From Chloroflexota bacterium (lineage in GTDB: Bacteria > Chloroflexota > Dehalococcoidia > Lucifugimonadales > UBA2985), in contig JBDRIA010000013.1 of NCBI GenBank assembly GCA_043816345.1, positions 1-59,730 of the forward strand: DNA of 59,730 nt, read 5' to 3'. Within the stretch, counting starts at the first letter, position 1. The number at the start of each line of letters is the position of its first letter. The position numbers were made by a program, and so were the translations under genes. The notes below the pieces were generated by a model that made no database searches, was not told where the DNA came from, and saw only the letters and a list, made by a program, of their open reading frames with translations. This document shows, one piece after another, positions 19,666 through 28,461 of this stretch.

Positions 19666-19704
19666 AATATGCAAGACGCTCAAGGAGTGCGTCTTGCATA
19701 TTTC
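19664..19704. promoter_or_regulatory. Perfect inverted repeat of the 16-nt motif (arms 19664..19679 and 19689..19704, 9-nt loop)
   Basis: GAAATATGCAAGACGC-tcaaggagt-GCGTCTTGCATATTTC. It starts 1 nt into the xis-like stop codon and precedes TACAAT at 19714. Confidence 0.8.
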
Positions 19705-19750
19705 GGTTGGGTGTACAATGACGGCACCCTACTCTCGGAGGTTCCCGCGT

Positions 19751-20278
19751 ATGCCTGGCTCACGACCTATCACCAGGGTCTACACCCGAGGAGGTACGGA
19801 AGACTGGTGGGCGTATAGCGTGCGGTGTCGACCGCATTCACTCTGGAGGGTCATACCAGGGCTAGGGCCATTGATAATGTTTCGTAATGGGGCGTTAGTA
19901 ACTTTTGAGCTGACCTTCAAACTTCTGAGACAAAGTGATGGTGCACCAGGCAGCCTACCACATGAATGTGAGCTGAGCTTCTATCTTGGTGATAAACGAG
20001 TAGGCGGGCAAAACATCTCCTTCGTAATGCCTACTAAGGGCAAGAGAACGACAGCAAGGGCACAACCACATTTCCTCAATGGACTGGGGCATGCTTGGGT
20101 TGCTATCGAGCACAGTGAGGCTGCGTATTCCTTCGACGTATGGGAGCCAGCGTACAGCATCGTCAACTGGGGAATGCTTATATTGTCTGCTGGCCTTGGG
20201 GGGCTACTCGGGTTTCTTTTGGCATTATTGGTTGGAGACTCTGAAGTGCAATCAGAGACAGATAACAATGAACAGTGA
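19751..20278 (+). CDS. Hypothetical protein with a C-terminal TM helix, its 3' end fused into an IS remnant
   Basis: GGAGG 10 nt before ATG 19751. The last 9 codons are encoded by the truncated IS copy. The start is uncertain (the ORF opens at 19694). Confidence 0.45.
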   Translation: MPGSRPITRVYTRGGTEDWWAYSVRCRPHSLWRVIPGLGPLIMFRNGALVTFELTFKLLRQSDGAPGSLPHECELSFYLGDKRVGGQNISFVMPTKGKRTTARAQPHFLNGLGHAWVAIEHSEAAYSFDVWEPAYSIVNWGMLILSAGLGGLLGFLLALLVGDSEVQSETDNNEQ

Positions 20279-20509
20279 CCTTCCGAATACCCCGTACCCT
20301 GATATGGTTGAGGGAGCGTTGCCCCTTAAGACGGGAGTACGCACGCTCGACGCTAACCCTCTGCTTGTACAGCGCTTGCCATCCTGCGGTCTGCCGCATC
20401 TCCGCAACCTCAGCGGCGTATCGTTTGTGGCTAGCATTTGGGTCAATGATGGGCTGCGCCCTGTACTGCCGCTTGATGAGGTTGTGCAGGGGCTTGCCAG
20501 AGTATCCCT
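20248..20509 (-). pseudogene. Truncated copy of the 18145..19300 IS (transposase C-terminal about 85 codons only)
   Basis: Aligns by eye with 18156..18420. Encodes ..MRQTAGWQALYKQRVSVERAYSRLKGQRSLNHIRVRGIRKVTVHCYLSLIA. Confidence 0.8.
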
Positions 20510-20595
20510 CAAGGAGAAGGGGAGTGGTTACAGCTTCTCATTTGGCTAGTCTAGCGCATGAGCTAAAGGCCATGTGGGGTTTAGCAGGGCACATT

Positions 20596-21378
20596 CTACG
20601 AGAAGCCTTCGTCTTCTGTCTGCGGTGCGGTATCTGATTGGGGTACCAGGTATGTGCGCTGTGCGCGCCTGAGAAACACAGTCCCCACTGCGCTCCATAC
20701 TTCCCAGAAGTCCTCTTCTGGCATATGGGCTGCATCCTCTAGGGTAATGCCCAAGAACTGTGTTGGGGGATTATTTGCAATCCTTTGTCCATTTGGCCTG
20801 TGAGCGAGTTGAGCACCTGTACCATCTGGGTTCTGCACAGGACGCTGTGGTAAAGCCATCCCTGTGGACTTCTGGTTCAGGGATTTGCCGCGCATTCCCC
20901 GTCTTCGGGGTACATCCACAGTCTGAACTCCAGCTTCCCGGCAAAGTCCCAGGAAGAGCATGACCTGGCGGCCGTGCTGAGACCTGGGGGTATACCGCTG
21001 AAATGCGTTCATTATGCGTTCCTGGGGGTCTTTGCTGGGATCTATGCTCTCGAAGTCGTCAGCATAGGCCCTGCGGATAGTCCTCTCCAGAAGTTGCCGG
21101 TATTCATCCTCGGTGCTACCGGCAAGGCCCCTTAGTGTGTCTGTGGGTTCATCCTTGTCCGTAACAAGATCGAGGAAGCGCAGGGTGGCAAATACTCTAG
21201 GGATGATGTTCTCCGAGATGCCCGCTACTTTGAGGATATCCCTGGTGATCCGTGGTGGCATATTCATCCGCCGAAGCCGGTGCATGAAGGCCTGCATATT
21301 CGCAGGTGGAGCGTACGGGCGGAAGAGTACTTCGCTTTCATTAACCATAATAAACAGGCCGTATCTTGTAAGATACAC
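20596..21378 (-). CDS. Hypothetical protein (reminiscent of DUF5343-type proteins, unverified)
   Basis: 260-aa ORF divergent from the FtsZ paralogue. The N-terminal region PPRITRDILKVAGISENIIPRVFATLRFLDLV looks like a small helical domain. Confidence 0.55.
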   Translation of the reverse strand: MYLTRYGLFIMVNESEVLFRPYAPPANMQAFMHRLRRMNMPPRITRDILKVAGISENIIPRVFATLRFLDLVTDKDEPTDTLRGLAGSTEDEYRQLLERTIRRAYADDFESIDPSKDPQERIMNAFQRYTPRSQHGRQVMLFLGLCREAGVQTVDVPRRRGMRGKSLNQKSTGMALPQRPVQNPDGTGAQLAHRPNGQRIANNPPTQFLGITLEDAAHMPEEDFWEVWSAVGTVFLRRAQRTYLVPQSDTAPQTEDEGFS

Positions 21379-21505
21379 GAATCTTAATGTTAATCGGCGA
21401 AAATGTAAAGTATGCTTTTGCAGGTGTCTGGGTATGGTACGTTAGAAACTATTGACTTGAACCAGTAACTATCCGAACATTCGGAAAAGCCAGGAGGAGG
21501 TGCCA

Positions 21506-21682
21506 ATGGCCATAACCGTAACATGGCAATCGTATGAACCATACGATCGAAGCATTCATGGTGTGGATAGTATGTACGTCACGGGTTCTGGTTCATGCGG
21601 TTGTCCAGAAAGGTGCAACGCAGGGTGCCATCGGGATAGTGCCAGGAAGTCCCGATCGGTGAGATCAGAGATATGTGCGTGA
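21506..21682 (+). CDS. Candidate Cys-rich mini-protein (58 aa)
   Basis: AGGAGGAGG lies 5 nt before the ATG. Contains a GSGSCGCPERCNAGCH cluster. Sits 71 nt upstream of the FtsZ paralogue on the same strand. Confidence 0.4.
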   Translation: MAITVTWQSYEPYDRSIHGVDSMYVTGSGSCGCPERCNAGCHRDSARKSRSVRSEICA

Positions 21683-21753
21683 TTCCATAGCCTGTACCAA
21701 CTCGTGTAGATTTGTGCCTAGGAGGCAAAGCAAGTAATAGGGAGGAGAAATCA

Positions 21754-22794
21754 ATGATTGACACTCATGTGACCGAAAACAACGTAAATCACAACCTGTC
21801 CTGGGAGAGGGCTCCAGCGCGCATAAAGGTGGTGGGAATTGGCGGAGGCGGGTGTAACTGTGTCCGACGGATGCTGGCGAACGTGGTTCCTGGTATCCAG
21901 TTCGTAATGGTCAACACGGACATCAAATCTCTAGAGCCACCTGTTCGCGATGCGGAGATTGTCCAGATAGGGGCGAAATCAACTCATGGCTGGGGTGCCG
22001 GAGGGGATGCCAAGATGGGTGAGCGCGCCGCTGAGGAATCTGAAAAGGAAATCAGAGATTCCCTCAAGAATGCAGAGATGGTTTTCATTACTTCTGGCAT
22101 GGGTGGAGGCACTGGCACAGGGGCTGCTCCATATGTCGCCTCCATAGCCAAGGATATGGGCGCTCTAGTGGTGGGGGTGGTGACAACGCCCTTCAGCTTT
22201 GAGGGGAGCCGCAGGATTGGCCAGGCCATAGCCGGCGTGGCCCGACTGCGACCTTACTTGGATAACCTGATAGTGATCCACAACGACCGCCTCCTCAAGT
22301 ACGTGGACCATGACGCAGAGATGATGGACGCTTTCAAGACGGCTGACGAAGTGGTGACTCAGGGCATATTGAGCGTTTCTGAGTTGATCAACGTCCCCGG
22401 GGAGATCAATGTGGACTTCGCTGATGTCCGCACCATTATGGGCTACCCGGGCGCCGCGCTGATGGCCATTGGCCAGGGTCGGGGTAAAATGGGAGTGGTG
22501 GATGCTGCGCGGCAGGCTATGGCCAATCCTCTTCTGAACATGTCCATAAAGGGGGCCCAGGGGGTTCTCTTCTCGGTAAAGGGAGGACATACCCTCAGCC
22601 TGGGAGGGGTCAATGCGGCGGGTGAGCTGATAGGCAATACGGTGAGAAGAAACGCCGCCATTTTCTTTGGAATGTCCGTAGATGAGAGCCTGGAGGATAC
22701 CGTGAAGCTCACTTTGATAGCAACGGGACTGAGAGAAAATGGAGTGTCTGGGTCTTTTACAGGCCGGGTACGCAATCTAATACCTGGTTTTTAG
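21754..22794 (+). CDS. FtsZ paralogue lacking the C-terminal linker and conserved tail peptide
   Basis: [18 protein letters not shown] tubulin signature, NVDFADVRT T7 loop. GGGAGGAG RBS before ATG 21754. The protein ends about 25 aa after the core. Confidence 0.9.
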   Translation: MIDTHVTENNVNHNLSWERAPARIKVVGIGGGGCNCVRRMLANVVPGIQFVMVNTDIKSLEPPVRDAEIVQIGAKSTHGWGAGGDAKMGERAAEESEKEIRDSLKNAEMVFITSGMGGGTGTGAAPYVASIAKDMGALVVGVVTTPFSFEGSRRIGQAIAGVARLRPYLDNLIVIHNDRLLKYVDHDAEMMDAFKTADEVVTQGILSVSELINVPGEINVDFADVRTIMGYPGAALMAIGQGRGKMGVVDAARQAMANPLLNMSIKGAQGVLFSVKGGHTLSLGGVNAAGELIGNTVRRNAAIFFGMSVDESLEDTVKLTLIATGLRENGVSGSFTGRVRNLIPGF

Positions 22795-22820
22795 CTATTA
22801 ATGCTAAAGGCCCCAATGTT

Positions 22821-22841
22821 CCATCCAAGGGTGGCTTTTTT
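22821..22841 (+). terminator. Weak intrinsic-terminator-like hairpin plus T-run after the FtsZ paralogue
   Basis: CCATC-caag-GGTGG followed by CTTTTTTG. Confidence 0.35.
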
Positions 22842-23045
22842 GCCTTGACCGGCCCCTTGCGCACGTTGTGCCAGTGGGTGTCCCTCGCCAACCACATGCT
22901 GTACTGGAGAGGGGCACTCACGGCTTTCCTGATTGTGCGATACAGGGAGCACTCTTTTCCTGCACTCCCTTTGGCCACGCCCATTCCACAATGGTCATCA
23001 GACGGGGCGATCTCTGGCATTGAATGACCTCTAAGGAGAAATTGA

Positions 23046-23061
23046 GCGTCTTGCATATTTC
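23046..23061 (+). promoter_or_regulatory. Copy 3 of the 16-nt motif GCGTCTTGCATATTTC
   Basis: Followed by TAGAAT at 23070..23075, then ATG 23082 only 6 nt downstream, giving a leaderless-type arrangement. Confidence 0.5.
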
Positions 23062-23075
23062 CGATGTAGTAGAAT

Positions 23076-23567
23076 TTGGTCATGGTTGACTGGGGGTCTT
23101 GCTGGAGACGAGCGAGCAGAGACATGGGCTGGCGCAGCAAAGTCCGCTGGCTTTTCAGAGAAGTCGTTCTCTTTGCCTTCGGTGCTGTCTTCACGCTTTG
23201 GAGTCAGGGAAGTACTGCGGTGAAAGAGGCAGTCCTAGTCTTCATTGCTTTCGTACTCATCGCTAATGTGACTCTTATCTCAATCGAGTATTTGTGGAAT
23301 GTAGTTCGTGCTCTGTGTAGACAGCGTGATGAGGCTCGAGTGGAAGTAAGGAGACTCCAATCTTGGGACAACTCAATGAGGGATGCAATATGCGCCGACG
23401 TTCAGAAGAATCCAGATACGCAGTCCCTCGAAGTTGCAAAACGATTAGGAGTTGTTCAACCTAATGAGGACAGTATCCCTCCGTGGTTTCATCGTCTATG
23501 TGGCTCTCTGTATCAGGACGGTCGTGTATTCGATGCCGTTGGTGGTGGGATGAGAGTGAGAGAGTGA
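23076..23567 (+). CDS. Hypothetical membrane protein
   Basis: Two N-terminal TM segments and a charged helical C-terminus. The start is TTG 23076 or ATG 23082. Confidence 0.5.
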   Translation: MVMVDWGSCWRRASRDMGWRSKVRWLFREVVLFAFGAVFTLWSQGSTAVKEAVLVFIAFVLIANVTLISIEYLWNVVRALCRQRDEARVEVRRLQSWDNSMRDAICADVQKNPDTQSLEVAKRLGVVQPNEDSIPPWFHRLCGSLYQDGRVFDAVGGGMRVRE

Positions 23568-23583
23568 ATCACGATATATGAAT

Positions 23584-23630
23584 CACCTGCATCGCAATCA
23601 GAGACAGATAGCAATGAGCCGTTACCTTCC
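23584..23630 (-). repeat. Remnant of about 47 bp from the IS left end (third copy)
   Basis: CACCTGCATCGCAATCAGAGACAGATAGCAATGAGCCGTTACCTTCC matches 18147..18193 with a few mismatches. Confidence 0.7.
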
Positions 23631-23644
23631 ATGAGAATGCAGGA

Positions 23645-24292
23645 TCATTGCGTAAGGTCGTCATGGGTGAACCAATAGAATGTGCCTGAAGATGTACGTA
23701 CTTTATACCAGCGCACAGAGCATTGGCTAGCGATGCTTACAATTTCAACCCGTATGCCTGGGTTGAAAGTTCGGGAGTACCCCGATACGCTACACTCTAC
23801 CAACTCAGGATAGCCCTTTCTCATACCCTTTCCACTAGCGATGCCGGCTGTGCCTAATTCCCAAGGGGGTGTTTCATTAAGCCGTTGCCACAAAGACCTC
23901 GTCGCGTCAGGGGCCGTAGTGCTAGGCGCAGAAGGTGGAGCAGACGTGGTCGCTTCGTCCTCAGCAATCCACTTGCCGTAGGCCAAATAACCCCCTGCGC
24001 TGAGACCTCCGAGGATGCCAAGAATTAGCAGAGGCAAAACCAATCGCTTGATGCCCCACCCGAGCGCACCCACCGTTTCCCCCATCTCGCCTTCTGCGCC
24101 CACTTGAAGGCGGGGAACTAAGCCATACGCAAGGAGGATGCTGCTCACAACTATCCCTACTACAGAGAGGCTGTGGAGTAAGGGACGGTCTAGGCGGTCG
24201 GTGTCTGTCTCTAAGAACCCATAGACAGACACCGACAGAAGTACAAGACCAACCAGGAACGCTAACGGTTTAGCCCTTATCTTACCCATCAT
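23645..24292 (-). CDS. Membrane protein with a C-terminal SH3-like domain (tentative)
   Basis: Four hydrophobic segments, a Ser/Thr/Pro linker, and a C-terminal beta-rich region ..VRWYKVRTSSGTFYWFTHDDL. Confidence 0.55.
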   Translation of the reverse strand: MMGKIRAKPLAFLVGLVLLSVSVYGFLETDTDRLDRPLLHSLSVVGIVVSSILLAYGLVPRLQVGAEGEMGETVGALGWGIKRLVLPLLILGILGGLSAGGYLAYGKWIAEDEATTSAPPSAPSTTAPDATRSLWQRLNETPPWELGTAGIASGKGMRKGYPELVECSVSGYSRTFNPGIRVEIVSIASQCSVRWYKVRTSSGTFYWFTHDDLTQ

Positions 24293-24389
24293 ATCCCTCC
24301 CCCGTATCCCTGCTTGGTCTCAAGGCTGAGTAACTGGAGATATGTTATGCGCTCGGAGTGAGGCTGTCCAGCGTTTGCCTAGGCCGCAC

Positions 24390-25898
24390 CTATCTCTCCG
24401 CCAGGGCCAGAGCCAGGTTTATCAGGGTGCGGGTGGGTGTACCAGTGGCTCCCTTGACCTGGTAACCGGACTCCTTGTCGGCCATGGATGTCCCCGCGAT
24501 GTCCAGGTGGACCCAGGGGGTGTCCTCGCTGAACTCGGCCAGAAACTGAGCCGCTGTAATGGACCCGGCCTTCCTTCCCCCGGTGTTTTTCACGTCGGCC
24601 ACCTGGCTCTTGTTCTGCTCCTTGTACTCCTCGTACATGGGGAGCTGCCAGATACGCTCCCCGGAGGTCTCCCCGGCGCGGATTACGGAGTCCAGTAGCT
24701 CCTGGTTGTTGGTGAAGGCCCCGGTGCAGATGTCTCCCAGGGCCGTCACTATGGCCCCCGTGAGGGTGGCCACATCCACCAGCCGCTTCAGGCCCATCTG
24801 CCTGGCATAGTTGAGGGCATCGGAGAGGACAAGGCGGCCCTCGGCGTCGGTGTTCTCCACCTCCACGGTCTTGCCGCTCATGGTTCGCAGTACGTCGCCG
24901 GGCTTCTGGGCCGAGCCTCCGGGCATGTTCTCGGTGGCGGCGGCGATGGTTGTAACGTTAAGCTTAGGCTTGAGGTGGGCGATGGCCTTCATGGCCGATA
25001 TCACCGATGCGGCCCCCGCCATGTCTCCCTTCATCCCCCCCATTCCAGCGGCGCTCTTGAGGGATATACCGCCGGTGTCGAAGGTGATGCCCTTGCCCAG
25101 GAGCCCCAGGTTGTTACCGGGATTACCGGGGTCTCCGTGATAGCGCAGAACGATGAACTTGGGCGGCTCCGCGGTGCCCCTGGCCACTCCCAGGAGGCCC
25201 CCCATACCAAGCTCCTCCATCTGAGGCGTGTCCAGTACGGTTACCTCCAGGTGGTGCTCCTCGGCGATTTGGCGGGCGATCTCCGCTATGTGGGTTGGGG
25301 TCATGAAGTTGGAGGGCTCGTTGACCATGTCCCGGGCCAGCATGGCGGCCTCGGCGAATACCCCTCCTCTGTCCAGGGCTTCCTGAATAGTGGATAGTTT
25401 GGAGTCGTCCACCTCCACCACCATCAACTCTTTCAGAGCCTTCCCTTCATCCTCATCCTTGCTGAAGTGCCGTTTGAAGGTGTAAAGCCCGAGCAGCGCT
25501 CCCTCTGTGATGGCCTGGGCCGACTCTGCGGTGCCCAGGCCGCCGATTCCAGCCCCGTGGAGGATGGTAGCCACCTTCTCTATACCGGCTCCCCGCAGCC
25601 TTCGGCAGGTGGTGCCCATCACCTGCCGCACCACCTCCGCACTGAAGTCCTTCTGCTTGCCCAGACCGGCCACTACCACTCTGGCAGGGGATATCTTGCC
25701 CAGGGTGTGAATTATGGTCACTTCGCCCTTTTTGCCCTTGATCTCCCCTTCGGCTATGAGCTTTGATATGGCTCCATCCAAGGCCCTGTCTGCCGCGCCC
25801 GTAGCACCGCCGGGGCTCTGCACACCCTCGAAGAGATTGACAATGACGGCCCCCGTGTCTATCTGGGTGATGTCGCCGGAAGTAGCTTTGATCTCCAT
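24390..25898 (-). CDS. pepA: Leucyl aminopeptidase (M17)
   Basis: NTDAEGRLVLSDAL signature and a full-length M17 architecture. Confidence 0.95.
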   Translation of the reverse strand: MEIKATSGDITQIDTGAVIVNLFEGVQSPGGATGAADRALDGAISKLIAEGEIKGKKGEVTIIHTLGKISPARVVVAGLGKQKDFSAEVVRQVMGTTCRRLRGAGIEKVATILHGAGIGGLGTAESAQAITEGALLGLYTFKRHFSKDEDEGKALKELMVVEVDDSKLSTIQEALDRGGVFAEAAMLARDMVNEPSNFMTPTHIAEIARQIAEEHHLEVTVLDTPQMEELGMGGLLGVARGTAEPPKFIVLRYHGDPGNPGNNLGLLGKGITFDTGGISLKSAAGMGGMKGDMAGAASVISAMKAIAHLKPKLNVTTIAAATENMPGGSAQKPGDVLRTMSGKTVEVENTDAEGRLVLSDALNYARQMGLKRLVDVATLTGAIVTALGDICTGAFTNNQELLDSVIRAGETSGERIWQLPMYEEYKEQNKSQVADVKNTGGRKAGSITAAQFLAEFSEDTPWVHLDIAGTSMADKESGYQVKGATGTPTRTLINLALALAER

Positions 25899-25929
25899 TC
25901 ACACTTCCTTCCCATGGCATTTGATGGCA

Positions 25930-26493
25930 CTAGGCCCTTACCCACCGGTCCATCTCTCGCTCAATCTTATCGATCACCGGGGTTATATCCCTGGAGGTAT
26001 CCACGGCGTAATGGTTCCTTCTTATGGGTTCGACGGAATGGGCCATTCGACGATAGACGGACAAGCCTGCTGTGGAGTTGTCGTTTTGTGCAGCGTTCGC
26101 TTCTCTCTTCCTGAGCCGTTCTGAGACCACCTCCAGGGGTGCCTCAACACGCACCAGTATGAGCTTGACGTTGGTCTTGTGGGCGATGTTGTACAGGCGC
26201 TCTCGGTTGTTCTCAACCAGGTTTGTGGCATCGAAGAGTACGGAAATCCCTCTCCTCAACAGGTCCTCTATGAGGGCGTGGCAGGCCCTAAACAACCGGG
26301 CACTTTCGCTGCCGCCGTACGTGGGGGTAGCGAAGAGAGCCTTCCTCATGGCGTCTGCTTCTACTATGGCCAATGAGATGCGCTCTGCCATCCGGCGGCT
26401 GAAGTAAGACTTGCCCGTGCCAGGCAGGCCGCTTACCACTATCAGCACCGCACGTGCCATAGGCTCGGCCGTCGCTGAAATGTGCCATCTCAA
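25930..26493 (-). CDS. P-loop kinase / AAA_33-like ATPase
   Basis: Walker A GLPGTGKS. The likely start is the internal ATG at 26460. Confidence 0.75.
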   Translation of the reverse strand: MRWHISATAEPMARAVLIVVSGLPGTGKSYFSRRMAERISLAIVEADAMRKALFATPTYGGSESARLFRACHALIEDLLRRGISVLFDATNLVENNRERLYNIAHKTNVKLILVRVEAPLEVVSERLRKREANAAQNDNSTAGLSVYRRMAHSVEPIRRNHYAVDTSRDITPVIDKIEREMDRWVRA

Positions 26494-26715
26494 GAGGTCT
26501 ACGTCGTTCGGGATCGAAGTCCCCTTCCTGGCTGATACCCTGATTCTAGTCTAATGGCGACCTTGTGGCCTGGGAGTCCATTATATGCCAGGGGTTAGGA
26601 TTGGGCAAAAGCAAGAGGATGCAGGGGAGCTTTTGGATGTGGCCCCCTGGCAGGGCAGGGGAAGGGTTGGAATAATAGTGGCTTGAAGACCAGACGGGGT
26701 AGGCGGTGGTAGAAT

Positions 26716-27282
26716 GTGGGCATGCCTTGGGAATTCACCGACACATGGGACTGGGCGGCATTCTTCCTTGCTGTCGTTGGCTTCGTGGGGTTCCTAATGG
26801 CAATCCAACCATTCACCCAGGCAATATGGGGCAAGCCACGGATTATCGTTGAAACTGGTGCTGGTAACCTAGATAACAACCATCCCTACTTGGAGTTTGT
26901 CATTGTTAACGAGCCAATCGATGGAGGGTTGCTAGGCTTCCTCGGAGTCGCTAGGGACACGGCAGATGAAATTTTCGCCATGATTAACATTAAGGAATAT
27001 ACAACTAACCGCGAAATTGTCCCACGCGACTTTGCTAAATTGGTTAGGAGGGGCAGTGGCGTAAACGGAACTCAGAGAATCTCGTTACCTGCCTCTGTGA
27101 TGGGAGCATCTGCTGCTGTTGTTATTCAAGGTGACGACGCGATTATTGGTGCTGTAGAGGGTACGCCGCATCTGAGTACGGGAACATACTTGGCGGAAAT
27201 AGGCATCGCTGGACTCAAGAAACCAGTACATTTTTCCGCCAAGTTCACTATTGCTGCCAATGGCAAATTCCGTTGGGGTTAG
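26716..27282 (+). CDS. Hypothetical N-terminally membrane-anchored protein, paralogue of 17572..18144
   Basis: One N-terminal TM helix. The C-terminus L.TGTY.AEIGIAG..KPVHFSAKFTIAANGKFRW parallels LPEGTCRIEVEIVITGVPVKHEASAIIGKDPASTKW. TAGAAT (26710) lies 6 nt before ATG 26722. Confidence 0.55.
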   Translation: MGMPWEFTDTWDWAAFFLAVVGFVGFLMAIQPFTQAIWGKPRIIVETGAGNLDNNHPYLEFVIVNEPIDGGLLGFLGVARDTADEIFAMINIKEYTTNREIVPRDFAKLVRRGSGVNGTQRISLPASVMGASAAVVIQGDDAIIGAVEGTPHLSTGTYLAEIGIAGLKKPVHFSAKFTIAANGKFRWG

Positions 27283-27502
27283 GAAATCAGGTCTTGGTAT
27301 GGGAGGTTCCCAGAGGTTAGCAGTTTTATAAGAGTGCCCCTGAACAGGTACGGATTCTCACGGTTGTTGAACCGCCACTCACCCCTTACCCCTTCGCCCT
27401 CCCCCTGCTACGCTGTGTCCATCATGTCACCAACCAAACTTCCCCACATCACCAAATATGGGTGCAGAGCCTGCCCTGAGCCTGCCGAAGGGGCATTGCC
27501 CT

Positions 27503-27582
27503 GCCAAACAATCAAACCGCATGTACCTTCTACAAGCTGAATAGAGCAAACAAAATGAAAATTCTCCAAACAATCAAAACCT
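27503..27582 (+). repeat. Repeat family 2 copy (contains CAAACAATCAAA twice)
   Basis: About 75-80% identical by eye to the reverse complement of 39747..39830. Confidence 0.7.
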
Positions 27583-28461
27583 ACCGGCCCCCGTGGGAGT
27601 TTCCCTCTCGGTGGAAAGCGATTCCCAAGAGGCCGGGGCCGGTATGGGCACCCATTACCGGGGTGAACTCGCTGACCAGGGTCTCCACACAGTTGAACTC
27701 CGTCAACAGGCGTTCCTTGAGGGTGAGGGCGTCGTCCAGGGCCATGGCGTGCATTACGTTGGCCCGGATGGGGTCATCTCCCGCTCGTTCATGGACGATG
27801 GTAAGTAAATGCTCTATGGCTCGTTGCCTGGTCCGGGGCCGTCCCAGGAGGCGTATCTCTCCTTGACTCAGCTCCATCATGGGCTTCAGTCTTAATGCCG
27901 AGCCAGCCCAGGCTGCTATTCTGGGGATACGGCCTCCTCTGGCGAGGTAGTGCAGGGGTATCCAGGAAGGCTATCAGGTTGACTCCCTGCATCACTCGCT
28001 GCGCCTCTGCCTTCACTCGGGGAAGGTCAGCGTCTACCGCTGCCATTCTGGCTGCCGCCAGGACTACAAGGCCTTGGCCGCTGGCGGCGGTACGGGTATC
28101 CATTACTTCGATGTTGACCTTTGGTAGGGTTTCCCGGGCCATCTCCGCCGCAGTCACAGCCGCATTGTAGGTAGCACTGACGGTAGATAGAAGAGTGAGA
28201 CAGAGGATGTTCTCCGCACGGGCGGCTCCCTCAGTGTAGGCCTTGATGAAGCTGGCCGGACTGGGAGCAGAGGTGGTGGGCGGCTTTTCGCACCGGTCCA
28301 GGAGCGAATAGAACTCCAGGGGGGATATGTCCACCCCGTCCAGGTAAGGTCTTGCCCTCTAAAGACAGCTCCATGGGAACAACGTGGATCGTATAGTCAT
28401 CTACAATCTCTTGAGGTAGGCAGACGGAGCTATCGCATACCAAGGCTACTTTTGCTCGCAT
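27581..28461 (-). pseudogene. degV: DegV-family fatty-acid-binding protein gene broken by two 1-nt insertions
   Basis: Three consecutive ORFs in different frames. An extra T near 28344 turns GKT|YLDGVDISPLEFY out of frame. An extra C in a C-run near 27953-27956 does the same to FLDT|LHYLARGGRIP. Confidence 0.8.

Noticed and set aside
22757-23194. 145-aa minus-strand ORF between the FtsZ paralogue and 23076..23567
   Set aside because: It overlaps the 3' end of the paralogue, the terminator-like hairpin and the motif/promoter region of the next gene. It has no RBS or recognisable domain.
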